Of a DNA stretch of 55,238 nucleotides, positions 9,531 to 16,549 are shown in pieces; positions within the stretch are counted from its first letter, which is position 1, and each line of letters opens with the position of its first letter. This DNA is from Bryobacterales bacterium. Lineage in GTDB: Bacteria; Acidobacteriota; Terriglobia; Bryobacterales; Bryobacteraceae. Below the pieces are notes generated by a model that searched no databases, was not told where the DNA came from, and saw only the letters and a program-made list of their open reading frames with translations. The stretch lies in contig PMQB01000436.1 of the NCBI GenBank assembly GCA_003169195.1, positions 1-55,238 of the forward strand, in the 5' to 3' direction. Made by a program: the position numbers and the translations under genes.

Positions 9531-10136
9531 ATGAAGTGCCCGGAGTTTGAAAGCATCCTCGCCGACTACTTAGACGGCACGCTCAGCAACACTGAGCGCG
9601 CGGCCGTCGAGTTGCATGCGGCGGAGTGTGCGCCTTGCGGGTTACTCCTGGCCGAAGTCACCAACGGTGTCGCTCTCCTCCAAACCTTAGACCCGATTGA
9701 GCCACCGCCCGAGTTGATTACTCGGATCGCCTTTCAAGCTCCGCTGGGCCGCGTGCGCCATGCTTACGAACGGCAAACACTCTGGGGCCGATTCGTGATG
9801 AAGTGGCTGCAGCCGGTGCTGCAACCGCGGCTCGTGATGGGTGCCGCCATGGCAGTGCTCTCGTTTACTATGCTGGAACGCTGCACGGGCACCCGCGTAG
9901 AGCGTGTGCAGGCGGCCGATTTGAACCCAGTCCGCGTGTTAGGCGGCGTAGAAATGAAAACCGTGCGGTTTAAAGATCGCATGCTCAAGTACTACGAAAA
10001 CCTGCGCGTTGTCTATGAGGTGGAAGCGCGCGTGCACGAATTGCAGCGGCAGCAGGACGAAAGCGATAAAGCCGCACGCACGCCAGCCGCCAAGAAAAAC
10101 GAGGCGCCCAAGGACAAACCCAAGGACAAACAATGA
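9531..10136 (+). CDS. Anti-sigma factor, zf-HC2 type, single-pass membrane
   Basis: MKCPEFESILADYLDGTLSNTERAAVELHAAECAPCG carries the H-x3-C-x2-C signature. There is a central TM segment. The gene lies 9 nt after the sigma gene. Confidence 0.8.
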   Translation: MKCPEFESILADYLDGTLSNTERAAVELHAAECAPCGLLLAEVTNGVALLQTLDPIEPPPELITRIAFQAPLGRVRHAYERQTLWGRFVMKWLQPVLQPRLVMGAAMAVLSFTMLERCTGTRVERVQAADLNPVRVLGGVEMKTVRFKDRMLKYYENLRVVYEVEARVHELQRQQDESDKAARTPAAKKNEAPKDKPKDKQ

Positions 10137-10843
10137 CCTGTTACCTGCACCCCGAAACACCCGCCACCGCGTTCTGTCGAGATTGTGGGCGCGCCCTTTG
10201 CGCCGCCTGCCAGCATCCGTCAAACGGCACAATTTTTTGTCAGGAGCACGCCCCTATTATGAGCACCGCCTATACCGCACCCGTCAATCCATCCGCCACC
10301 CCTTCCAATCCTTATCAGCAAGCCGTCACGCCTGTGCACACTTCCCCTGCACTCGCATTCGTGCTCGGTCTCATTCCCGGTGTTGGCGCCATTTATAACG
10401 GCCAATACGTAAAGGGTTTGGTGCATGCGGTCGTCGCCGGTCTGCTGCTCAGTTTGGCGAACGCTACCGAAGAAAGTGCGGGCGAGCCCTTCATCATCAT
10501 GGTGCTTGTCAGTTTTTGGGGCTATATGGCATTCGAAGCCTTCCACACCGCCAAGAAACGCCAAGCTGGTCTACCCGTCGACGAATGGTCGAGCCTCGTC
10601 ACTCCCAATCGCTATATGTCGCGCGCTCCCATCGGACCCGTATTACTCATCTTGCTTGGCGTTTTATTCTTGCTCGATACGCTGCATCTTATCGCCTTCC
10701 GCGAACTCGCGCGTTTCTGGCCCGTCCTGTTAATCGTTGCCGGCAGCATCATGCTCTACTACCGCATTGCCGGCGCCCGCAACGCCCCACACGTTCTTGA
10801 TCAGCCGCTAAATCCAACGCGCATGGAGTCAACCCATGAATAG
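10133..10843 (+). CDS. B-box-type zinc-finger membrane protein
   Basis: The N-terminus CYLHPETPATAFCRDCGRALCAACQH...CQEH is followed by 4-5 TM segments. It has an ATGA overlap with the anti-sigma gene. The C-terminal hairpin is RAPIGPVLLILLGVLFLLD...FWPVLLIVAGSIMLY. Confidence 0.75.
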   Translation: MTCYLHPETPATAFCRDCGRALCAACQHPSNGTIFCQEHAPIMSTAYTAPVNPSATPSNPYQQAVTPVHTSPALAFVLGLIPGVGAIYNGQYVKGLVHAVVAGLLLSLANATEESAGEPFIIMVLVSFWGYMAFEAFHTAKKRQAGLPVDEWSSLVTPNRYMSRAPIGPVLLILLGVLFLLDTLHLIAFRELARFWPVLLIVAGSIMLYYRIAGARNAPHVLDQPLNPTRMESTHE

Positions 10844-11054
10844 TAGAGCGGCCCTGTTTGCGCAAGCCATTCGCGGACCCATCCTGCTCATCACTGTGGG
10901 CGTGCTGTTCGCCATGCACCAAGCGGGTGTTCTGGCGTTCTACCGCTCCTGGCCGTTGATCCTTATCGTCGTCGGTGTGATGAAACTCGTTGAACGCATG
11001 TACGTGCCGCAGGTTCCTCCACCACCGCCACCCTTCGGAGAACGACCGCAATGA
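10836..11054 (+). CDS. Small two-TM membrane protein (72 aa), LiaF-N-terminal-like hairpin
   Basis: AIRGPILLITVGVLFAMHQAG...SWPLILIVVGVMKLVE. It overlaps the upstream gene by 8 nt and has an ATGA overlap with the downstream gene. Confidence 0.65.
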   Translation: MNSRAALFAQAIRGPILLITVGVLFAMHQAGVLAFYRSWPLILIVVGVMKLVERMYVPQVPPPPPPFGERPQ

Positions 11055-12460
11055 GACCTCGCAGCGGATCTATCACGGGCCCTCTCGTCCTCATTCTTAT
11101 CGGCGTTGTCTTTCTTATACGCTCCATCTCGCCGGAATTCCGCATTGCCGATCTTGTGGCCCGCTACTGGCCCTATGGCTTGATTCTGTGGGGCACCGTT
11201 GCACTCATCGAAGTCTTCATTCGCTTTCGCAGCAACGGTCCCATTCCCCGTAACGGCATCTCCGGCGGCGGCTGGGCGATCGTCATCTTCGTGGCTCTCT
11301 TCGGCTCCTCCGTCTTCCAGTTCGAACGGCCCGATAATTGGTTTCGCCAAGTCGGCTTTCAAAGCGGAATCGAAGCCTTTGGCGAAGAACATCAATATCC
11401 CGTCAACACCATCACCCGCAGCGTCGGCCTGGCCCCACGCATTATCATCGAAGACTTTCGCGGCGATGCCAAAATCAGCGGCACTAACGCGAACACGATT
11501 TCCGTCACCGGTCAAAAAAACATTGGCGCGTTTGATATCCACGACGCCGACAAGGCCAATTCGCAATCGCCCGTCGAAGTTCTCACCGATGGCAATACCA
11601 TCACCATTCGCTGCCATCAGGATCGCCTCGATACCCGCACCTCCGTCAGCACCAACCTCGATGTGAGCGTTCCCAAAGGAGCCAGCATCGAAGCCAGCGC
11701 CGCCCGCGGCAGTATTGATGTCTCTTCTCTCACTGGCGATATCCAACTCAACGGCGGCAACATTGAGGACGTTCGCCTAGACGATATCGGCGGCAATGTC
11801 AAAGTGGATGCGCGCGGCACCCGCTCCATTCATTGCAGCAACGTCCAGGGCACCATCGAATTGCACGGCCGTGGCGCCGACGTTGATTTAGAAACGGTGG
11901 CAGGCCAAGTCACCGTCGCCGGCGATTACACCGGCACCATTTCCTTGCGCGCTCTCGCCAAACCCGTTCGTCTGGAAAGCATGCACACCCAATTAGACGC
12001 CCGCCAAGTCACCGGCTACATTCGTCTCGATCGCGGTAGCTTAGACGCCAAAGATTTAGTCGGCCCCGTCAAACTTTCAACCAAAGCCACCGACGTGACT
12101 TTAGCCGGCTTCACCGAAGGCCTGGATCTCGACGTGGATCGTGGCGATATCGAACTCCGCCCCGAACATTCCGCCATGGGCCGCATTGTCGTCCACGCCC
12201 GCTCCGGCAATATTGAACTGGCCGTCCCCGCCGCCGCGCACTTCGCGCTCAACGCCAACACCGAAAACGGCGATATCGATAATCAGTTCGGCGACGCCTT
12301 AAAGGAAACTGCCGATGGCCGTGGCGCCAAGCTCGAAGGCTCCATCGGCAATGGTCCCGACGTCAATTTGGTCACCCAGCACGGCAGCATTACCGTCCGC
12401 AAAGCTACCGCCGAAGACGCCGCCGAGACCAAAGCCGCCGCACTGAACTTAGATCGCTAA
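11051..12460 (+). CDS. LiaF-like membrane protein with a DUF4097 (toastrack) beta-helical domain
   Basis: N-terminal hairpin SITGPLVLILIGVVFLIRS...YWPYGLILWGTVALIEVF. This is followed by repetitive G(D/N)I.L / V.V turns (GSIDVSSLTGDIQLNGGNIEDVRLDDIGGNVKVDARG...SGNIELAVP...NGDIDN). Confidence 0.85.
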   Translation: MRPRSGSITGPLVLILIGVVFLIRSISPEFRIADLVARYWPYGLILWGTVALIEVFIRFRSNGPIPRNGISGGGWAIVIFVALFGSSVFQFERPDNWFRQVGFQSGIEAFGEEHQYPVNTITRSVGLAPRIIIEDFRGDAKISGTNANTISVTGQKNIGAFDIHDADKANSQSPVEVLTDGNTITIRCHQDRLDTRTSVSTNLDVSVPKGASIEASAARGSIDVSSLTGDIQLNGGNIEDVRLDDIGGNVKVDARGTRSIHCSNVQGTIELHGRGADVDLETVAGQVTVAGDYTGTISLRALAKPVRLESMHTQLDARQVTGYIRLDRGSLDAKDLVGPVKLSTKATDVTLAGFTEGLDLDVDRGDIELRPEHSAMGRIVVHARSGNIELAVPAAAHFALNANTENGDIDNQFGDALKETADGRGAKLEGSIGNGPDVNLVTQHGSITVRKATAEDAAETKAAALNLDR

Positions 12461-12496
12461 CGCTTTTGCGCCCTAAATGGGCTATAGTTAAGTCAG

Positions 12497-12748
12497 ATGA
12501 AAAAGAAGCCCATCAACGAGCCCATCATCTCTCCGCAGATTCTCGCTATGGCGAAGAAGTCGTTGGAAGCAGAACGCCCCGCGCCTCCCGCCAAGCCGTG
12601 TGCGGTGTGTGGCGCCTCCTGCACTCCGTTGACTGGCCCTAGCACCGCAGCTGCCAGTGGCGAAGAAGAAAATCTCTGTTGGGTCTGCCGCCGTTTGAAG
12701 ATCAGCGCCTGGCGCGATTCCGATCATCAAATGTCCGCCCAAGAATAA
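12497..12748 (+). CDS. Possible small zinc-ribbon protein (83 aa)
   Basis: CAVCG...(29 aa)...CWVCRR pairs of CxxC. Third-position GC bias looks coding-like, and the antisense alternative looks like junk. It starts 36 nt after the toastrack gene and has no clear RBS. Confidence 0.45.
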   Translation: MKKKPINEPIISPQILAMAKKSLEAERPAPPAKPCAVCGASCTPLTGPSTAAASGEEENLCWVCRRLKISAWRDSDHQMSAQE

Positions 12749-13765
12749 TCACGTCCGCCGCTCCCACTGCCATCCGTAAAACACCACCGAGGCACCCCAC
12801 GCTACTAAGCAAAGGCTAGCCAACGGTAGCCCTTCCGTTCGCACCACACTCCCCACCGCAAACAAAGCTATGGTCTGCAGTACTCCCTGAAAAAACAACG
12901 CCCCCGACGTAAAGCGCCAGCGCACCTGCGGCATCGGCTTGAAGGTTGAATTATGATGCCCCACCGTGAGCGCCGCCACTCCTGCAAACAACCCGCTCAC
13001 AAAATCCAACGGCCACACTAATAACCCAACCAAACACAGAAACGCCAAATCTTTCGCCAACAAAATCTGCCATCCGCGAATCGGCATCAACTTGTAGCGC
13101 TCCGCTCCTTTGCCATCAATCCCAAACAGCACCTGCGCCTCCGTACTCAGCGCCAACACCACCAGCAGAGACATAATCCGCACCGCTGCCGGATCAAGCG
13201 GCTGGCCCGAGATTCTGTAAATCGCCGTCACGGCCATCAACACGAACGCCAGGTAAGGATCAAGGGTCCGCAACATCTCGCGCCACTGCAGCCGCATGAT
13301 CGCGCCCATCGTACCGGGAGGAGCAGGGATTTCGTATGACCACGTTTCGCCCCAACGCTCTCCACCCCACTGCACCAACGCCTTTAATAGATAGAACACA
13401 ACGCCCGTGCCAAACACCAGCACGGCCAGGCGCCAGCCCGCTCTAAGCAACACCACAATGGCCAACCACGAGATCGGGCTCAATAACACCGAACCCACTC
13501 GAACCACGCCCCATTCTTTGTTCCCAATCGGCCAAGTCCCGCGCCGCTCCATAGGAATCTTCTCCATCGGATCGCTCGCCAGCGGAAACAATAAAACGAT
13601 CGCCAGCAGAAACACAAAGAACTCCGCGCTCTGCGGCTGCAGTGCCACGAACCAGATGAACAAGAGAAAGTTCTGCCCGGCAATCGAACCCACCGATCGC
13701 ACGTCGCGCCACGAAAGCAGCGCCAGCACTCGCAGAAGACTAACTACGCGGGCCAGCCCAACCAC
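12749..13765 (-). CDS. Polytopic membrane protein, putative ABC exporter permease partner
   Basis: About 8 hydrophobic segments. It overlaps the 3' end of the upstream ABC ATPase gene by 22 nt. Confidence 0.75.
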   Translation of the reverse strand: MVGLARVVSLLRVLALLSWRDVRSVGSIAGQNFLLFIWFVALQPQSAEFFVFLLAIVLLFPLASDPMEKIPMERRGTWPIGNKEWGVVRVGSVLLSPISWLAIVVLLRAGWRLAVLVFGTGVVFYLLKALVQWGGERWGETWSYEIPAPPGTMGAIMRLQWREMLRTLDPYLAFVLMAVTAIYRISGQPLDPAAVRIMSLLVVLALSTEAQVLFGIDGKGAERYKLMPIRGWQILLAKDLAFLCLVGLLVWPLDFVSGLFAGVAALTVGHHNSTFKPMPQVRWRFTSGALFFQGVLQTIALFAVGSVVRTEGLPLASLCLVAWGASVVFYGWQWERRT

Positions 13766-14478
13766 CCCAAATCTTCCGCCGGCGCGCGCTCAATCAAATC
13801 GAAATAGAGATTCTCCAGAGTATTCGGCAACTCCGAGGTCTTCTTATCTAGAACTACCTGCCCGTGATTCATCATCACCACTTTGTCGGCCACCCGATCC
13901 ACCAGCGACAAAATGTGCGACGTCAGCAAAACCGTAATCCCGCGTTCGGCACTCGCGCGCAGGATCAAGCGAATCGTCTCCGCCGTCACTGGGTCCACTC
14001 CTTCAAACGGCTCATCCAAAAACAGCGCTCGCGGATTCGGCAACAGCGCCATCGCCAGAGCCGTCTTCTTTTTCATGCCGTAGGAGCATTCATGAATCAG
14101 CGTCTTGCGCCCATGCTCCAAATGCAACACACGCAGTAACTGATCCGCGCGCCGGTACACTTCGTCCCTCGGTAAGCCGTAAACCGCACCGGTTAGTTCC
14201 AAATGTTCGCCAACGGTTAACTCATTGAACAACGCCAAGCTCTCCGGCAGTATGCCGACAATGCGCTTGAGCCCCACGTCCGAGATCGCCAATCCACAAA
14301 CGTTCCCGAACCCTTTCGAAGGCGCAAGCAGCCCAGTCAGAATCTTCACCAAAGTCGACTTGCCTGCCCCGTTTGGCCCCAGAATCGCGCAGACCGTCCC
14401 GGTGGCCACCTCCAAGGTGACCTCCGAAACCGCGGCCAGTCTTCCGTAGCTCTTACTAACCCCATCACACCGAATCAT
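13744..14478 (-). CDS. ABC transporter ATP-binding protein
   Basis: Walker A GPNGAGKST, signature-like CSYGMKKK, Walker B LFLDEPFEGVD, H-loop TSH. Confidence 0.92.
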   Translation of the reverse strand: MIRCDGVSKSYGRLAAVSEVTLEVATGTVCAILGPNGAGKSTLVKILTGLLAPSKGFGNVCGLAISDVGLKRIVGILPESLALFNELTVGEHLELTGAVYGLPRDEVYRRADQLLRVLHLEHGRKTLIHECSYGMKKKTALAMALLPNPRALFLDEPFEGVDPVTAETIRLILRASAERGITVLLTSHILSLVDRVADKVVMMNHGQVVLDKKTSELPNTLENLYFDLIERAPAEDLGWLGWPA

Positions 14479-14511
14479 TCTTTTCCCTACCCCTCAGCCT
14501 CCCCCGGTCAC

Positions 14512-14541
14512 AAAACTTCCGTCAGCCTGATCTGGCACCTC
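14512..14541. repeat. Left copy of a direct repeat flanking the RAYT-like gene
   Basis: aaaacttccgtcagcctgatctggcacctc. It matches 15333..15362 at 27 of 30 positions (hand count), in the same orientation, 821 nt apart. Confidence 0.85.
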
Positions 14542-14570
14542 TTTCGGCTATTTATCCGTATTCCTCAAAA

Positions 14571-15254
14571 TCATCCAGGGGTAGCCTTCTTGGCAACTCG
14601 CGGTGGACGCCCTTGATGCCAATTTCTGCCAAACTGCATCTCCATTTTCTGCACAAACAAGCTGTCCCCAAACGGCCTACCAGCATGAGTGCATCTGCGC
14701 AATTCACGATATTCTTCTAAGTGCGCGCCACTCTCCTGGAGCTCCACCTTCCACGAGTCCCCCAATCCAAGCGCCCGCCATCCGTCCATATCCAACAGTC
14801 CCGCATCATCCGCACCGCGAACATGCGCCTCCGCGCTCGACCATCGATATCCCTCCGCACTCCCCAGCAAATTCGCCCGAACCGGATTCAGATCCACATA
14901 CCGCAGCGCGCACACCAGATGCCCCGGCCCAAGGATGCAAGCAAAATACCGACTCTGCCAGAGATGCCCCATCCGTCCTGCCACCGCATTGTAATACTGC
15001 GCGTACCGCCCATGCAGCCGTCGAAACAAAACCGCCAGCGAATCTTCCTGATTCGGAACGGCAATCAGATGCACGTGGTTAGGCATCAAACACCAGCCCA
15101 ACAGCCGCACTCCCGCTTCCGGTAAAAGATAGAAAAGCAGCTTCAAGTAAGTAGTCCGATCAACATCGCTCGAAAACGTCTCCCGCCGGTCGACACCCCG
15201 CTGCGTGATGTGATAAGGCAGACCCGGTGCAATACAACGCAAGTTTCTGGGCAT
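14571..15254 (-). CDS. IS200/IS605-family Y1 HUH transposase-like protein (REP-associated tyrosine transposase-like)
   Basis: PYHITQRG...LLGWCLMPNHVHLIAVP (HUH motif) ...GHLWQSRYFACIL (Tyr region), 227 aa. There is no TnpB partner and I saw no terminal hairpins. Confidence 0.85.
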   Translation of the reverse strand: MPRNLRCIAPGLPYHITQRGVDRRETFSSDVDRTTYLKLLFYLLPEAGVRLLGWCLMPNHVHLIAVPNQEDSLAVLFRRLHGRYAQYYNAVAGRMGHLWQSRYFACILGPGHLVCALRYVDLNPVRANLLGSAEGYRWSSAEAHVRGADDAGLLDMDGWRALGLGDSWKVELQESGAHLEEYRELRRCTHAGRPFGDSLFVQKMEMQFGRNWHQGRPPRVAKKATPG

Positions 15255-15332
15255 ACCTTCTGTATGTCGCTCCTCCTCGCCGCTTCGCTCTCCCCAATTT
15301 ACGCTCTCTCACCCCCAGAACGCCCCGAGGAT

Positions 15333-15362
15333 AAAACTTGCGTCAGCCTGATCTGCCTCCTC
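15333..15362. repeat. Right copy of a direct repeat flanking the RAYT-like gene
   Basis: aaaacttgcgtcagcctgatctgcctcctc. See 14512..14541. Confidence 0.85.
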
Positions 15363-15410
15363 TTACCAGTACTTCTCTGATGCCCACCATTTCCTACAGC
15401 CTAAGCCACT

Positions 15411-15520
15411 CGCTGATATACTAACTGACACGGCAATCTCCTGCCTTCCGACTGAGGCGTTTTGTGCTTCGCACTCGCAATTCATCTCGCCACCTCCTGC
15501 CAACGCCCCTAGCGCGCCTC
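15411..15520 (+). repeat. Decayed copy of the upstream region plus signal-peptide coding start of the S33 hydrolase gene (non-coding relic)
   Basis: Ungapped alignment to 20023..20132 gives 86 of 110 identities (hand count). GGC replaces the ATG, and there are in-frame stops: TGA at 15453..15455 and a later TAG. Confidence 0.8.
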
Positions 15521-15761
15521 GCCCTCGTCCACAAGTTCGCTTGCTGTGCCGATTCGTAAAATCTCAAATCACGATTCCTGCGGGCGAAACAGTAGAGGAC
15601 TACAGCCTGAACATAGATGCGACAAAGGCTTCGCCTTCTGGCGACGCGCCCACAATCGCCAGCTTGGTCGAGCGTTGGCGCTAACTAGCGCTTGTGAAGT
15701 TTCTGCTCGACTCGCAATTTCGCTTTCTCCCGGCCCACTGAGTTGACCCTAATGACCGGAC

Positions 15762-16439
15762 TCAACAACGCGTTGCGTCCACAACGTAGATGGAACCAGC
15801 AAGCTTGTGATTCAGCCTTAATGCTCGATTGTCATTCGCCGTTCTGACCAGGAGTGCCGCCCCTCGATTACCTGCTTCCACCACAAGTTCAATCCCGGGC
15901 CGCAGACCGAGACGTTCCATCTCTCTGAGTGCCGATGGGTCACGATCAGACACGCTGCTGATCACCGCCTGCACTCCGCAGCCCCAGGACGGAAGCGGCA
16001 CTTCGGGGCGCGTTCGGATGGTCCCATTGCGCTCCGGGATCGAATGACCATGGGGGTCGGTTTGAGGATCTCCCAACTTGGCTGCGATTCTGTCTTCCAG
16101 TCTTTCGGAGATAAAGTGCTCCAGTTTTTCAGCCTCTTCGTGCACTTCATCCCATGGGAAGTCGAGCACGTCATGAAGAAAGCGTTCCAGCAGCCTGTGG
16201 TGCCGCAAGACTTCCAATGCGCGATGTTTTCCCGCCTCTGTCAACACCGCGCCATGATGCTTTTCATAGCGGACAAGAGCCGGCTTCAGCGCCGCTAGCC
16301 GTTGCAGCATTCCCGTGACAGACGCGGCTCTCACCGCGAGCCGTCCCGCCAAAGCATTGCTCGAAACCCGTTGTTGCTCAGGGCCGCTGAGCTCCAAAAT
16401 TGCTTTGAGGTAATCGTCGACTGACTCAGTGTTTACCAA
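15762..16439 (-). CDS. DtxR/MntR-family metal-dependent transcriptional repressor with a C-terminal FeoA/SH3-like domain
   Basis: VDDYLKAILELSG...VSSNALAGRLAVRAASVTGMLQRLA (wHTH), LTEAGKHRALEVLRHHRLLERFL, and metal-site region WDEVHEEAEKLEH. TTG start. Confidence 0.9.
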   Translation of the reverse strand: MVNTESVDDYLKAILELSGPEQQRVSSNALAGRLAVRAASVTGMLQRLAALKPALVRYEKHHGAVLTEAGKHRALEVLRHHRLLERFLHDVLDFPWDEVHEEAEKLEHFISERLEDRIAAKLGDPQTDPHGHSIPERNGTIRTRPEVPLPSWGCGVQAVISSVSDRDPSALREMERLGLRPGIELVVEAGNRGAALLVRTANDNRALRLNHKLAGSIYVVDATRC

Positions 16440-16502
16440 TGTTTAGGACCCGCTAAAAGATATGATCCCACGCTCTGGTTCGCATTCCAAGCACTTTTAC
16501 GA

Positions 16503-16549
16503 TTGACTTGGCTCCCTTGACCGAGGTATTTTTAGGTTTGCCTAAATTT
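16503..16549. promoter_or_regulatory. Putative sigma-70-type promoter (TTGACT, 18 nt spacer, TATTTT) overlapped by a palindromic operator TTTAGG-N4-CCTAAA
   Basis: TTGACT at 16503..16508 and TATTTT at 16527..16532. The inverted repeat tttagg(tttg)cctaaa lies at 16531..16546, between the divergent DtxR-family gene and the receptor gene. Its half-sites resemble the TTAGG/CCTAA ends of DtxR/IdeR boxes, but the spacing is shorter. Confidence 0.4.

Noticed and set aside
10940-11746. Long antisense ORFs inside real genes: 10940..11746, 20488..21141, 27205..27894, 32164..32865, 38309..39010, 52292..53299 and 54041..54820
   Set aside because: Each lies opposite a gene with clear family motifs. Their translations are Gly/Ala/Arg/Val-rich with no motifs, and none has an RBS. 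I treat them as GC-driven shadow ORFs.
15701-15730. A possible third partial copy of the signal-peptide-coding core (tgctcgactcgcaatttcg)
   Set aside because: Only about a 10-mer (actcgcaatt) is exact and the rest needs gaps. This is within chance expectation for a 55-kb window.
15546-15746. 66-aa ORF in the 500-nt gap between the RAYT-like and DtxR-family genes
   Set aside because: It has no RBS and an Arg/Ser/Cys-rich, junk-like translation. It also sits just downstream of the decayed hydrolase-leader relic (15411..15520), in non-coding remnant DNA.
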